In this document: piece after piece, positions 20,900 through 30,060 of the stretch
How positions within the stretch are numbered: the stretch's first letter is position 1
Layout: the number at the start of each line of letters is the position of its first letter
Origin: Euryarchaeota archaeon UBA257
GTDB taxonomy: Archaea; Thermoplasmatota; Poseidoniia; Poseidoniales; Thalassarchaeaceae
Assembly: GCA_002498985.1 (NCBI GenBank)
Contig: DAJO01000030.1
Span: forward strand, 14,586-78,585
Direction of reading: 5' to 3'
DNA length: 64,000 nucleotides
Program-made: the position numbers and the translations under genes
The notes under the pieces: model-generated
Databases searched by the model: none
What the model saw: the letters and a program-made list of their open reading frames with translations, nothing else
What the model was told of the DNA's origin: nothing

Positions 20900-20929
20900 T
20901 ATTATGAACTAGTACTCTTACCGATAGAT

Positions 20930-22909
20930 ATGTACGACAGTGGAGTCAGTTTGATTGACTTCCCTGCAGTACGAGGGAATCCTTTTGATAACCGACCTAT
21001 TGAATCATCAAGAGCTCAAGATTTAGTTGGACGTAAAGAAATGCTACGCAGATGGAGAGAACATATCCATTCCGGTTCACCTAGAATGATCTTATTAGTT
21101 GGAGAATCAGGATCAGGTAGAACTTCAATGATTAATGCTATATCATCCCAAACTCCAAAGAAATATATTGGGCAGTTTCTTTCGGAGGAGAACGATCAAG
21201 AAAAGTCAGTTCTACATGAGATATTAACTCATTTCACATCATTTCAATCTATAACAACAATGAATCAATTATCTCAAAAGTTAATTTCATTATTTGATGA
21301 AGAGAAAGGGCCTTTACCAATTATTGCTTTAGATTATCCTCCTCAAGTAATAGAAATAAATTCCTTCTTGTCCAGAATTTGTCCAATCCTTTCCAGACTT
21401 AGGGCCATGGTAATTGTAAGTCTGACTGAATCGCAATTATTAGAACTCGACGATGAATTAAGAAACCTTTTTGATGAGCCGGATCGGCTAGAGAATTTCA
21501 CAAAGTCTGATATTCAAGATATGGTTAATAATAGAATGAGACTTAAGTCAAAAGAGAAATGGATAATTAATTCAACGATTCTCAACTCTATATTTCAGCG
21601 AACTGGAGGTAATCCAAGAGATGTAATAAGAATTTTGAAGCGTCTAGTAGATGAAAAAAGAGATCTTGGATACCAAGGGACATTGGAAAGTCTGATGTCT
21701 TCCCAGGAGAATAAGAAACCTATAGTGCCTGAAAGAAAATATGTTGAGGATAAGGAATATACAGACAATTATTTCTCTGAACCCGAAACCTATATTCCAG
21801 AAAATAGGGAACATGATATTGAAAAAGATGATTTTATCGATGAAGAACCATCAGACTTATGGGATTATAATGATGAAGAAAACCTTCCTTTATCGGACAA
21901 TAATGAATCAATCAATGAAGAGCATTCATTGTGGGATGATAACTTTCCCGAAATAGATGAGGATTTAGTTGATGATGAAGCCTTTATTCAGGAAGATAAC
22001 CAAGTGGCTAACTTACCACCAGTATCAGAAGAAATTAATCTTCAAAATGACATATTAGAAAACGAGAAAGAATTGTTTATGTCTCCCGGTACTGAACCTC
22101 CAGAAAGATCGCCGCGACCTGCACCTAGAATGAAAAATGATAAATTTGGTTTCTTACTTAATAGAGCAAAAAAAACAACTTCAGGTATAGAATCAAGTCC
22201 TATGTCCGATGTTCCAATTACTTATGCCGATACTAAACCATCACAATCAACTATAGATGATTATGTCAGTAACGAGAATTTCAGAATTAATAATGATGGC
22301 GACACAGATGTGCCAATCGTTACTGAAGCAAAAGTTGACAGAAACATCCTGTCGACTGATTATGAACACATAGATAGTGATGAAGGGGCAGAATGGACGG
22401 TCGAGCCCTCTTACAAATCTACAGTCCCAAAGACAATCTCAAATCCTCCCCAACCTTACGATGAATCTCCAGAAGTAGAAGAATCTTTTCTCGAGGAACA
22501 GATTTTCGAAGACACTGAAATTGAAGTGCCGATTTCACAAGAACCTGAATTTGATAATCCTGTTGAGTTAATTGAATCAACTCCAATATATCGAGAAGAA
22601 AGTAAGGTAATAATTACCAATGTGACTCCTTCAAAAAAATCAAGATTTTCTCCAATCTGGGAACAAGATAAGAAATTGGATGTTGATAGGTTTTATTCCC
22701 TTTCTGATGCTGAGAGAATGATATTGGAAGTTGCAACATTAAGAGAAATATCTCCATCTGACGATGAATTACAGGCTAGATTAGAAGTCGGACGGCCTCG
22801 CCTATCTCAATTATACAATAGCCTTCACAAATCAGGAATGTTGTCGGTTAGAAAGCAAGGTAGGACTCGATTATTCAAATTAAGCGAAGCTGCCGCAAAT
22901 GAATTTTGA
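20930..22909 (+). CDS. Divergent Orc1/Cdc6-like AAA+ protein: degenerate Walker A and B, acidic disordered linker of about 330 aa, C-terminal winged helix-turn-helix
   Basis: The N-terminal roughly 250 aa parallel the canonical Orc1 in this window. LVGRKEML matches LVGRDREL. The P-loop is GESGSGRT (Lys to Arg, nt 21101-21124). The Walker B position reads IIALDY (nt 21332-21337 for DY) against LVLDEVD. Sensor-2-like GGNPRDVIRILKRL matches GDARLAIELL. The C-terminal roughly 70 aa (LSDAERMILEVATLREISPSDDELQARLEVGRPRLSQLYNSLHKSGMLSVRKQGRTRLFKL) form a wHTH pattern. Confidence 0.55.
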   Translation: MYDSGVSLIDFPAVRGNPFDNRPIESSRAQDLVGRKEMLRRWREHIHSGSPRMILLVGESGSGRTSMINAISSQTPKKYIGQFLSEENDQEKSVLHEILTHFTSFQSITTMNQLSQKLISLFDEEKGPLPIIALDYPPQVIEINSFLSRICPILSRLRAMVIVSLTESQLLELDDELRNLFDEPDRLENFTKSDIQDMVNNRMRLKSKEKWIINSTILNSIFQRTGGNPRDVIRILKRLVDEKRDLGYQGTLESLMSSQENKKPIVPERKYVEDKEYTDNYFSEPETYIPENREHDIEKDDFIDEEPSDLWDYNDEENLPLSDNNESINEEHSLWDDNFPEIDEDLVDDEAFIQEDNQVANLPPVSEEINLQNDILENEKELFMSPGTEPPERSPRPAPRMKNDKFGFLLNRAKKTTSGIESSPMSDVPITYADTKPSQSTIDDYVSNENFRINNDGDTDVPIVTEAKVDRNILSTDYEHIDSDEGAEWTVEPSYKSTVPKTISNPPQPYDESPEVEESFLEEQIFEDTEIEVPISQEPEFDNPVELIESTPIYREESKVIITNVTPSKKSRFSPIWEQDKKLDVDRFYSLSDAERMILEVATLREISPSDDELQARLEVGRPRLSQLYNSLHKSGMLSVRKQGRTRLFKLSEAAANEF

Positions 22910-22918
22910 GGAATAATT

Positions 22919-23215
22919 ATGTCAGACAATGGAAGTATCGTATCTAAAGAAAAAGTTCAGAAGTATCTCGATTTAACTACTGAAGCAAGATTAAAAGCCA
23001 CTCCAATTACAAATAATATTGAAGATGAAAAAAGGCTTGAAGATATGCTTAAGATGTGCGATGACTACCAAAAAGACGCTCTTTACTTCATGAATAATGG
23101 AGATTTAGTCCGTGCTTTCGGTGCCATTAATTATGCTCATGCATGGATTGATGCTGCTGTTAGAATTGGCTTACTAGATGGCCATGGAGATGACAGATTG
23201 TTTACTCTACCTTAA
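22919..23215 (+). CDS. Small conserved archaeal protein, DUF357-like
   Basis: 98 aa. INYAHAWIDAAVRIGLLDG resembles the YAHGWLDAGVRLGL signature I associate with DUF357. GAGGAA SD upstream. Family assignment is from memory only. Confidence 0.5.
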   Translation: MSDNGSIVSKEKVQKYLDLTTEARLKATPITNNIEDEKRLEDMLKMCDDYQKDALYFMNNGDLVRAFGAINYAHAWIDAAVRIGLLDGHGDDRLFTLP

Positions 23216-23580
23216 TTCTGTATAAACCTCAATACATTTTTTGAAGTTACTTCAATGTATGAACCACCTGTATTAATTAATCTCTCTTTCAATTTCCTAT
23301 CTACAGTTAGAACTGGCCATCTATTCTCTCTTGATAATTCTAGTAACATTTGGTCAGTATGCCTTAATCCTTCAGGTGCCTTGACTAATTCTGACTTCTT
23401 ATCTAATAGATCCAACAAAAGCCCTCTTCTTTGTTTTGATAATGATAACAACTCTTTTTTGACTTTTTCCAATAATAGATATTTTGGTTTCCCAACAATT
23501 TTACTCATTGCAATATCTATGTTAAGTTCAGCATCAACTAATGCTGCCCATCCGCAAGCGTCTATTAGGACGCATTCCAA
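23212..23580 (-). CDS. PIN-domain protein (predicted nuclease) downstream of eIF2-gamma
   Basis: 122 aa. N-terminal VLIDACGW (first acidic residue) and VLTVDRKLKERL (T-x-D motif) fit a PIN fold. TTG start with GGGGTGA 6 nt upstream. S6e-eIF2gamma-PIN synteny is common in archaea. Confidence 0.55.
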   Translation of the reverse strand: MECVLIDACGWAALVDAELNIDIAMSKIVGKPKYLLLEKVKKELLSLSKQRRGLLLDLLDKKSELVKAPEGLRHTDQMLLELSRENRWPVLTVDRKLKERLINTGGSYIEVTSKNVLRFIQN

Positions 23581-23586
23581 GTAGAT

Positions 23587-24831
23587 TCACCCCACAATTG
23601 TTCCATGGCCTATCAGACGCCATCTGGAACCAACTCTTCTTGATAGTGTGATTCTACTACCAACTTTAGCACAAATTGGTAGTCTAAGAGAAATTTTCGA
23701 AACTTTACCTTTTTTTGTAACTGTACCAACAGAAGTAGCAGTAGCAGAATTAATCATTAACATTTCATTCATAGATAAAGGTCTAACAGGATCTGAATCT
23801 CCTTCCCCTCCAGCAACCATTTTTTCTAGTAGTTCTAAATCCAGTTCTAGAGTCTCCCAAATCGGAGGTAATTCTCCTTGTTTGGCCATAACTTGTCCTG
23901 ATAACTCATCTGCCTTAGTAGTAACAGGATCTAATGGAGTTGCAATCCCACATAATCCTCCTGCATGAGCAGTTTCTAGATTCATCCCTCCCCCCTTAAT
24001 GCTCTCGATATATGTTTCTAAGGGCTCCCAGCGAGTTTTGTTTCCTGCTTTGATTCTTCTTCCAGGTGCAATTGTAATTTTATCACCAACTGAAAAAGAT
24101 CCTTCAACGATACTACCTCCAATTATTCCTCCTGAAAGATCATTTGGGCGAGCACCTGGTCGATTTGTATCAAATGATCTTGCTACATACATTAATCCTA
24201 CATCTTCTTTTGTTCTATCAGGAGTGGGGATTGTATGTTCGATTGCTTGGATTAAAACATCAAGGTTGACATCATGGTGCGCAGAAATAGGTATTATCGG
24301 AGCATTTTCTGCTAATGTTCCTTTTACAAATTGTTTTATTTCATTAAAGGATTCGATTGCTCTTTCTTCAGAAACTAAATCAATTTTATTCTGTACAATG
24401 ACTATATTTTTTATCCCAGCAATCTGTAAAGCAGCTAAATGTTCTCTTGTCTGTGGTTGAGGGCATTTTTCAGTTGCTGAAATTAACAATAATGCACCAT
24501 CCATTATCGATGCACCTGATATCATCACGGCCATCAGAGTTTCGTGACCAGGTGCATCAACAAAAGAAACGACTCTCAATAATTCTTTTTTTGAGTCTTT
24601 TTTCCCTTCGGGATGTTTCCCTTTAGCATAATAATCTCCATCTTCAGTACAGTAAAATGTAGTGTCAGCATATCCAAGTTTAATGCTTATGCCTCTCTTT
24701 CTTTCTTCAGAATGAGTATCTGTCCAAGTTCCGGATAGAGCTTTTGTCAAAGTAGTCTTACCATGATCGACATGTCCGACCATACCGATATTTACCTCTG
24801 GCTGCCTTTTACTTTCAGCCAGAAGCATCAT
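23587..24831 (-). CDS. eif2g: Translation initiation factor 2 subunit gamma
   Basis: GTPase motifs GHVDHGKTTL, DAPGHE and NKID. A zinc-knuckle-like region is absent or reduced. 414 aa. Confidence 0.95.
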   Translation of the reverse strand: MMLLAESKRQPEVNIGMVGHVDHGKTTLTKALSGTWTDTHSEERKRGISIKLGYADTTFYCTEDGDYYAKGKHPEGKKDSKKELLRVVSFVDAPGHETLMAVMISGASIMDGALLLISATEKCPQPQTREHLAALQIAGIKNIVIVQNKIDLVSEERAIESFNEIKQFVKGTLAENAPIIPISAHHDVNLDVLIQAIEHTIPTPDRTKEDVGLMYVARSFDTNRPGARPNDLSGGIIGGSIVEGSFSVGDKITIAPGRRIKAGNKTRWEPLETYIESIKGGGMNLETAHAGGLCGIATPLDPVTTKADELSGQVMAKQGELPPIWETLELDLELLEKMVAGGEGDSDPVRPLSMNEMLMINSATATSVGTVTKKGKVSKISLRLPICAKVGSRITLSRRVGSRWRLIGHGTIVG

Positions 24832-24841
24832 CCCCTACGAT

Positions 24842-25312
24842 TCACTCCTCTTCATCGCCAAGGATAGAACCTAGAGATTTCTTACCATACTCTAGGACCT
24901 TAAGGTTAAGTTGCCGAGTATCTGTACTAATGGTGTTCCCTCTTAGATTTCTACGTCGACGCAATCCATCATATTTGTAACGATAAATTTTAGAATTTTT
25001 CTTAACATAGCGCTTGCCTTTGTAACCAGTTCCAGCAGTAATAAGAACTGATTTGACATTTCCACCTTCTAGTTCAGAACGCATAGGGCGGCCTGTTTTA
25101 TCAGATCCGCCTGTGATTTGGAGCTTATATCCATTCAATGATTGGTCAGCATCTCCCACAAACATACCTTCAACAGAATCTCCAATTTTCTTCCCTAAGA
25201 AGTGATTGAAGTTAGACCCTGTAATTTCTACCGAGAATGAACGACCTTTGGCGCTCGGCCTAGTATCGTTGATTACAGCCTTGAAAGATTGCTCACCTGC
25301 CATTTTACTCAC
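24842..25312 (-). CDS. rps6e: 30S ribosomal protein S6e
   Basis: 156 aa. FKAVINDTRPSAKGRSFSVEI...GYKLQITGGSDKTGRPMR is the typical S6e pattern. AAGGTGAG SD upstream. Confidence 0.9.
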   Translation of the reverse strand: MSKMAGEQSFKAVINDTRPSAKGRSFSVEITGSNFNHFLGKKIGDSVEGMFVGDADQSLNGYKLQITGGSDKTGRPMRSELEGGNVKSVLITAGTGYKGKRYVKKNSKIYRYKYDGLRRRRNLRGNTISTDTRQLNLKVLEYGKKSLGSILGDEEE

Positions 25313-25378
25313 CTTAGACGACTTGCCGACATACGACCCCTATAAGAGCGGTTCGGAAGACGATTTCAAACTGAATAA

Positions 25379-26557
25379 TCATCTTTGCAATTCTTTCTCG
25401 ATTCTTTCTGCTAAATTTGCAGGTGCTACATTGTTCATTGTAATATATTGAGTCCTACCTCTTCCAACATTTGATTTGTCGTTTCTTGTTTCAATTAAGC
25501 CCTGATTTTCTAGAAATTTTAGATGCTTCCAAAATGTAGTATAACTTCTAGCTTTAGTTTCATATTCTTCACAAACAATTTTGTAAAGTTTTTCGGCATC
25601 TCCTGTGTTTATTTCAGACTCCTTTTTCAATCTTCTACAAAGTCCAAGCATGATCAATTTTTGATCTTTCGAAAGCACATCTACTTGACTTGGTTCAATT
25701 GCAGCAACTCTTGCTGAGCTTTGTTCAATATCTTCAATTAGAACTTCACCTCTCCCTGATGATTCAGCCCTTCTTATGGATGAATCAAGTAGTTCAATAG
25801 CTAATCTAGCATCTCCTGATTCTGCAGCCATAACTCCTATTTTTTGTAGAACTTCTTCACTTATTGAACCATTTCTACAGGCTATATCTGCTCTCTGTCG
25901 CGCAATTTCTGTCAATCCCTTTTTATCGTAAGGATTCATTTTTAGGATATTACTTGCACCTAACCTTGATATTATTGCAGGCTCAAATAACTTCAGCAGC
26001 ATAGAATCTTGACTTACTAATATCAATGACAAAGAACCCTGTTTTTCTTGCCCTTCATCAATTCTGAGAAGTTTGTATATCAAATCAGAATTATCCCTTC
26101 TAATTAACAAATCAACTTCATCAAGAACCAATAGAAGGTGGCTATTATGTGAAATTAGGTTTCTTCTAATTGATTGTATAATTTCTCCCGAACTAAGGCC
26201 TCTTTCAGGATGTCCAGAGTCCAATGTAGAAGCAATTCGTTGTAATACTTGAGAAGTTGAGGGGTGGTTTCTACAATTTACATGTGCTAGAACAACTTTC
26301 CTTTTTCCTTCTAAATGACTTAACAAATCATGTCCAAAACGTCTTGTTAGAACGGTCTTACCTGAGCCAACAGGTCCTGTTATTACTGCTCTACAACTTG
26401 AATTATGATTCTCTACATGAGTAAACATACTGGCTAGTTCAGTTAGTTCTCTATCTCTTCCTACTAAGTTGTCAGGTGTCCAGTCAAAAGAAAAAGGCTC
26501 TCTATTTACCAAAACTTTCCCTGCACCTATGCGGTCGAGGTATCCTGGCATCAGCAC
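25379..26557 (-). CDS. cdc6: Orc1/Cdc6 replication initiator (canonical)
   Basis: 392 aa. LVGRDRELTEL, Walker A GPVGSGKTV, Walker B LLLVLDEVD, sensor 2 GDARLAIELL and a C-terminal winged helix (TFWKHLKFLENQGLIETR...GRGRTQYI). Confidence 0.92.
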   Translation of the reverse strand: MLMPGYLDRIGAGKVLVNREPFSFDWTPDNLVGRDRELTELASMFTHVENHNSSCRAVITGPVGSGKTVLTRRFGHDLLSHLEGKRKVVLAHVNCRNHPSTSQVLQRIASTLDSGHPERGLSSGEIIQSIRRNLISHNSHLLLVLDEVDLLIRRDNSDLIYKLLRIDEGQEKQGSLSLILVSQDSMLLKLFEPAIISRLGASNILKMNPYDKKGLTEIARQRADIACRNGSISEEVLQKIGVMAAESGDARLAIELLDSSIRRAESSGRGEVLIEDIEQSSARVAAIEPSQVDVLSKDQKLIMLGLCRRLKKESEINTGDAEKLYKIVCEEYETKARSYTTFWKHLKFLENQGLIETRNDKSNVGRGRTQYITMNNVAPANLAERIEKELQR

Positions 26558-26628
26558 GTTCTTTATTCGGTCGTTCTTAGACCTATCCTAACCTATATGT
26601 ATCTGGTTAATTTTAGATGATGATTTCC

Positions 26629-27738
26629 TCATGGTATTTCATCAAATTGGTATCCATTTTCCCAATTCTTTTCGCCTAATGAGACTTCTAATTCGAATGG
26701 TGTGATTAATGGCTTAGCATACTTTACGGCATCATCAATTGCAATTCTTGGGCAAGCAGTGTTAACGAAAGCATCTACTGGATAGAAATCAATCAAATCT
26801 GGACCTACGTGATCCATTGCTAACAAGTATCCTTTTTTACCGTGTTTCTTGAGTAAATTTTTCATCCTTATCGCTAAATTTCTCCTCATTTGACCGGGTT
26901 TTTCACCAATTAGGATACCAAAACTCTTCGCATTATCTACTGCAAAGATTAGCCCCATCCTCTGTCTTAATAGCCTTTCAATTCGACTGAAAGACATTTC
27001 ACTTGCATCTCCAGTATAAGGGTCAAGCAATGCCAACGGTTTACCTGTGTGCATTACTAGTCCTATTGGATGGAAATCTCCTGAGCCCAAGAATAAGTAG
27101 TGACCAATTGAGGGGTCATCTCCTGAGTAATTGCAGCCTAGAACTTGTCCGGGGAATGTCAATCTCGCACCACCTACTGGTATTTCAACTTCAAAACCAG
27201 CACTTTCAAACCTTTTTTTGTAATCAAATAATAAGTGTAGGTGCTGTATTGAACCAACTAATCCTAATTTTGTTCCTGTAAGAGGAGCAACTCTACCTAC
27301 AGCATCGACAAATCTCTCAACTGCTTCTTCATCAGTAAGGTCAATTTCCTCTCCTGAACTTGTCAATCTTTCTTCCGCGATTGCTTTGTGTTCCATTAGA
27401 ATTGGTATTACTGGATCTATTTTTGGGTCGCCTTCGTATGTCACTGGGATGAAATGTGTGGGCATACCTGAATCTATATTCATCTGAGAATGGCCCATAT
27501 GGGCGACTAATTCAACCCCCATCATTTTCATTTTATCATGTACTAAGTCACAGGCTCCATAACAAGGATCTGCAGCTAAGACTACTTTCGCCGCGGACTC
27601 ATCTTCTATTGCATCCATCATTTCTAATGCTTGCATTTTCAGCCCCTCAGGAACTTGTAATGCAACAAGTCGATGGTCATTTTCTTTAATTCTAGTGACT
27701 AAATCATCCAGCTCGAAATCATGTTTATCCAAATCCAA
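26629..27738 (-). CDS. dph2: 2-(3-amino-3-carboxypropyl)histidine synthase (diphthamide biosynthesis Dph2)
   Basis: 369 aa. VALQVPEGLK, ADPCYGACDL and NTACPRIAIDD are Dph2 radical-SAM-like Cys-containing blocks. Confidence 0.85.
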   Translation of the reverse strand: MDLDKHDFELDDLVTRIKENDHRLVALQVPEGLKMQALEMMDAIEDESAAKVVLAADPCYGACDLVHDKMKMMGVELVAHMGHSQMNIDSGMPTHFIPVTYEGDPKIDPVIPILMEHKAIAEERLTSSGEEIDLTDEEAVERFVDAVGRVAPLTGTKLGLVGSIQHLHLLFDYKKRFESAGFEVEIPVGGARLTFPGQVLGCNYSGDDPSIGHYLFLGSGDFHPIGLVMHTGKPLALLDPYTGDASEMSFSRIERLLRQRMGLIFAVDNAKSFGILIGEKPGQMRRNLAIRMKNLLKKHGKKGYLLAMDHVGPDLIDFYPVDAFVNTACPRIAIDDAVKYAKPLITPFELEVSLGEKNWENGYQFDEIP

Positions 27739-27750
27739 TTTCTCACCTCA

Positions 27751-28338
27751 TCAATCTACAATCTCTACTTTACCATTAATAATGTCAATTCTCGCAAGAG
27801 ACCTTATTGGCCATTCAGGTCTTTCTTTATTCAACCTTTCACGACCATCTCCTTTCTCAATTGCAATCACTATATCTTGGAGAATTACTCCCATATTCTC
27901 TAGAGTTTCTAAGAGTGGTTCCAATGTCCCACCAGTAGATATGACATCATCCACTATCAGAATTCGTTCACCTGCTTTAATGTCATTGATAAAAACCGTA
28001 GACTGAGAATATCCCGTTGCCACATCCACTCTTGCCTCGCCTTCCATACCATAAGATCGTTTACGAATAACCACTGTTGGAATACCAGTTGCGTCACCTA
28101 CAGCGGCTAAAAGTGGTAAACCCATAGCCTCAACAGTCACAATCAAGTCTATTTTTTCCCAATCTACACTTTCAATAATTAAATCTCTAGTAGCACGTAA
28201 AACTTTAGCATCCATTCTAGGGATACCATCAGAAATAGGGTGAATGAAATACGGATATTCCCCCTTCCAAATAATTGGTGAACCACGTAAGGATTCGTGT
28301 AAAACTGAAAGTGGATCTTCGGGCATCATGCCCAACAC
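27751..28338 (-). CDS. hpt: Archaeal-type hypoxanthine/guanine phosphoribosyltransferase
   Basis: 195 aa. LRGSPIIWKGEYPYFIHPISDGIP plus the PRPP loop ILIVDDVISTGGTL match the archaeal HGPRT family as I recall it (MJ1655-like). Confidence 0.75.
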   Translation of the reverse strand: MLGMMPEDPLSVLHESLRGSPIIWKGEYPYFIHPISDGIPRMDAKVLRATRDLIIESVDWEKIDLIVTVEAMGLPLLAAVGDATGIPTVVIRKRSYGMEGEARVDVATGYSQSTVFINDIKAGERILIVDDVISTGGTLEPLLETLENMGVILQDIVIAIEKGDGRERLNKERPEWPIRSLARIDIINGKVEIVD

Positions 28339-28340
28339 AC

Positions 28341-28877
28341 TCAGACTAGTCCTTTCAAATGGTCGGAACCTTCAGTTACCTTGATAGTACAAGGTGTTGG
28401 GAATTTACAGTTTGCCTTACGCAATGCATCTCTTGCAACAATGTAGTTTTCAGGAGTTGTTACTATAGATATCACGGTTTGCCCTCTTTGAACTCTTGCA
28501 GCTGTACCTACATTTTTACCAAATGCTTGTCTCATACCTTGAGATACACGATCGGCACCTGCGCCAGTTGCTTGCTTGTTTTCACGAAGAATTTGGTGTG
28601 GATAAGTATGCATTCTTAGAGCATAATTTTCTCCTGCAGCATCTCTTATTCTCGCATTTGCAACCTGACGAGCGGCTTCCAATGCTTTATCTTGAATTTG
28701 GCATGAATTATCTGCTATCAGAATAACTTTTACAGGAAAGCCTCCTGCTTCAGCCTTCTTTCGATTGCCCATAAAATAACGTAGAATTCGATTATTAGGT
28801 ACACCACCAGTGTACTGGCGTCTTGTAAATGCTTGACCCTTAAGTCGGCGATACATGGATGCGGGCTTACGTGCCAT
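28341..28877 (-). CDS. rpl10e: 50S ribosomal protein L10e (uL16)
   Basis: MARKPASMYRRLKGQAFTRRQYTGGVP... and RMHTYPHQILRENK are typical L10e blocks. 178 aa. Confidence 0.92.
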   Translation of the reverse strand: MARKPASMYRRLKGQAFTRRQYTGGVPNNRILRYFMGNRKKAEAGGFPVKVILIADNSCQIQDKALEAARQVANARIRDAAGENYALRMHTYPHQILRENKQATGAGADRVSQGMRQAFGKNVGTAARVQRGQTVISIVTTPENYIVARDALRKANCKFPTPCTIKVTEGSDHLKGLV

Positions 28878-28961
28878 TTGAACTACCTCGACTTCGGCCG
28901 ACTGGCCTACCGTATTTAATGATAAGTGAGCAGGATAAATTATCTTTGAACTATAATGAAA

Positions 28962-29903
28962 TCAAGAAGTGTTTAATCTCGCGCTCTCAATTTGAACAAT
29001 TCTCACACCCATTAGTATCATTATGAAACCAATAATTATTGTATATCCCAGATTTTCATCCAATAACCACCACCCTCCCAGAATCCCAAATAATGGTACT
29101 AAGAAAATATATGATGAGGCTGCAGTTGCTCCTAATTTCTCTATTCCAATGGTGAACCAGTAATAAGCCAATACAGTTGAAAGGGCAGCCAAGTACACTA
29201 TTGCTAACCATCCTTCTTTTGTTGGAAGAATTAACCCTTCCATCCATATATCGTATATTGCAAACGGTGTCATCATAATAGTTCCAATTAATGAGTACCA
29301 AACTACAATTTCTAACGCAGTATAATTGTTATCACCGTCTCTTCCTTGCATTAATCTTTTTGTCATATTAGTGGTCGCTGCCCAAGAGAATGAAGCACAT
29401 AAAATTAACAAATCTCCTAATATTCTATCTTCAAAATCTATCTGTGTATTTGGGCTCCAACCAGTAACAATTCCAACTCCTATAAATCCACAAAATAGAC
29501 CTATAAACATCTTCTTTGATATTGGTTGTCCAAGTAATGGAGCAGCTAAAATCACAGTAAAAATCGGATTGAATGTAATAATTAGTGAAGCGTCTCCCGC
29601 AGCAGTATAATACATTCCATGCATAAAGAAAAATTGATAGCATAAAACTCCTGTAAATCCTATAATAATCAGACTCTTATATGTCTCTCTATTATTTGGT
29701 AACCATCTTATTTTTTCCCCTTTAACTTTTAGAATCATAAACCATAGATAAAATATTAACATAGTTAAGATATATCTGAGCCAAGCTCCTGTCATAGGGG
29801 GTATTTCTAATGAAAGGATTCTACCTATTGCCCAGGATAAACCCCAAATTATGGCGACCAGGAGCATTAAAAAATGAGTCTTTATGTTACTTGTTTCTTT
29901 CAT
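28962..29903 (-). CDS. EamA/DMT-superfamily transporter
   Basis: Ten predicted hydrophobic helices in two similar halves; SWAIGR and WAATTNMTKRL are EamA-like. I prefer ATG 29903 (MKETSN...) over TTG 29930. Confidence 0.75.
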   Translation of the reverse strand: MKETSNIKTHFLMLLVAIIWGLSWAIGRILSLEIPPMTGAWLRYILTMLIFYLWFMILKVKGEKIRWLPNNRETYKSLIIIGFTGVLCYQFFFMHGMYYTAAGDASLIITFNPIFTVILAAPLLGQPISKKMFIGLFCGFIGVGIVTGWSPNTQIDFEDRILGDLLILCASFSWAATTNMTKRLMQGRDGDNNYTALEIVVWYSLIGTIMMTPFAIYDIWMEGLILPTKEGWLAIVYLAALSTVLAYYWFTIGIEKLGATAASSYIFLVPLFGILGGWWLLDENLGYTIIIGFIMILMGVRIVQIESARLNTS

Positions 29904-30060
29904 AAAAAACACTCTTCTGTGATGCCGCAATGCTTCTACTAATTTATCTCTAGTACTGTTGAGATTTGATATCTTTCTTGAGATTACAGGCGATTTGCTT
30001 ATGCACCCCCCGCTTTGTGGTTAAGCCCATGCTCGGGTGTGAGCATTGGAGTTACTAGGT

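Noticed and set aside
23648-24460. Two plus-strand ORFs (106 and 153 aa) within the eIF2-gamma locus.
   Set aside because: They are antisense to a near-universally conserved GTPase gene. Their compositions (Pro/Ser/Ile runs) are those expected from reverse-frame translation.
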